Source: Basidiobolus meristosporus CBS 931.73 (taxonomy: Eukaryota; Fungi; Basidiobolomycota). Taken from it: a stretch of DNA of 64,000 nucleotides. The notes under the pieces were generated by a model. The model was given only the letters and a program-made list of their open reading frames with translations, had not been told where the DNA came from and searched no databases. The position numbers and the translations under genes are program-made. Location: assembly GCA_002104905.1 (NCBI GenBank), contig MCFE01000162.1, positions 1 to 64,000 on the forward strand, read 5' to 3'. Positions 63,150 to 64,000 of the stretch are shown here, piece by piece (position 1 is the first letter of the stretch; every line of letters begins with the position of its first letter).

Positions 63150-64000
63150 CCCTGTGATTATAATATTAATGATCCCATCAAAGGGCCATCAAAAAGTTAA
63201 AGTCTCATGACTAAGCAATATTTGTCCCAACACTACACCATGCAGAGATTGTTGAAAAAAAAATTGCGCCCCAAATTTCACAAAACATTTGGTCACAACA
63301 CTACATTAGTGGCATTTGATTGGTCTTTTGCCAATTCTCTCACTTTCTGATCCCAGACACTCAATCACCTCCTACAATTGTGTACATTGATTGCAATTTC
63401 ATCTTTTTGACACTCCTTTCTTCCTGACTCAACCAATTATCTTCCTTTTAAAGCATACAAATTGATTTATTTTGGTTGAAACTTCACTAGTACCTCAATT
63501 GCCAATCCTATTGACCTATACAAGTCCTTATACCCGCAACTAACATTAAGCCCAACCCTACGCTCTACAAGTTACTCCATGTTTCTACTCTAATGCCCCT
63601 TTTCCCTAACTTTGGCAGTAACCCTGTTGCTTAATACAATTGTTCATTCACTGGTTCCCGTATGACCTGGTCTTCAGCTAGCACTGCAAGTTATAGCGCC
63701 TCATCTGTCAGTCTTTGTAATAAATCCTTTCATTATTCAAGTGTGTTTTCTTGAGCACTGCTCTTGAAGAAGAGCTGCAACCTCTTAGTGTGCCTATTAA
63801 TATTCTAAAATTTGACAGTAGGCATTGTGATAGTCTTTTGAGTTGTTAATTTTGTTGCTTTGTCTGTCAGAAGGATCCCTACTCTCTCTACAATGAAGGA
63901 TGTGGAGGCAGCAACAGACAGATTGCTTTACTCTATAAACTCATCTACATCAATAGAGTGTGGCTCAACTGGCTGTGCTTCCAACTCTTGACAAACAGCT
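63150..64000. mobile_element. Left end of another CACTA-like copy, running off the window
   Basis: CCCTGTGA..GATCCCATC matches the 60881 end. 63855-64000 aligns with 60925-61080. Confidence 0.72.

Overview
Eukaryotic genomic DNA with short GT-AG introns, most likely from an early-diverging fungus (the lineage is an inference from CHS7, the intron style and the protein families). The window has two sharply separated compartments. Bases 1-22,000 are a gene-rich, CpG-replete block with eight supportable genes: CHS7, a Cys-rich/TM/SH3 receptor-like protein, a hypothetical protein, a GDSL/SGNH protein lacking the catalytic Ser, a small PH-like protein, CUL4, an NAD kinase with an apparent N-terminal PB1 domain, and a conserved fungal membrane protein. 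Bases 22,030-64,000 are an AT-rich, CpG-depleted pile of nested transposons: two Copia families, three Gypsy-type or LTR families, six copies of a PIF/Harbinger-ISL2-like DNA transposon and three copies of a CCC-ended CACTA-like element. The most interesting observations are the PB1-NAD kinase fusion and the divergent accessory genes of unknown function carried by both DNA transposon families. In the youngest Harbinger-like copy the accessory gene is CpG-rich while the transposase is almost CpG-free. All counts and alignments were done by eye and no database search was run.
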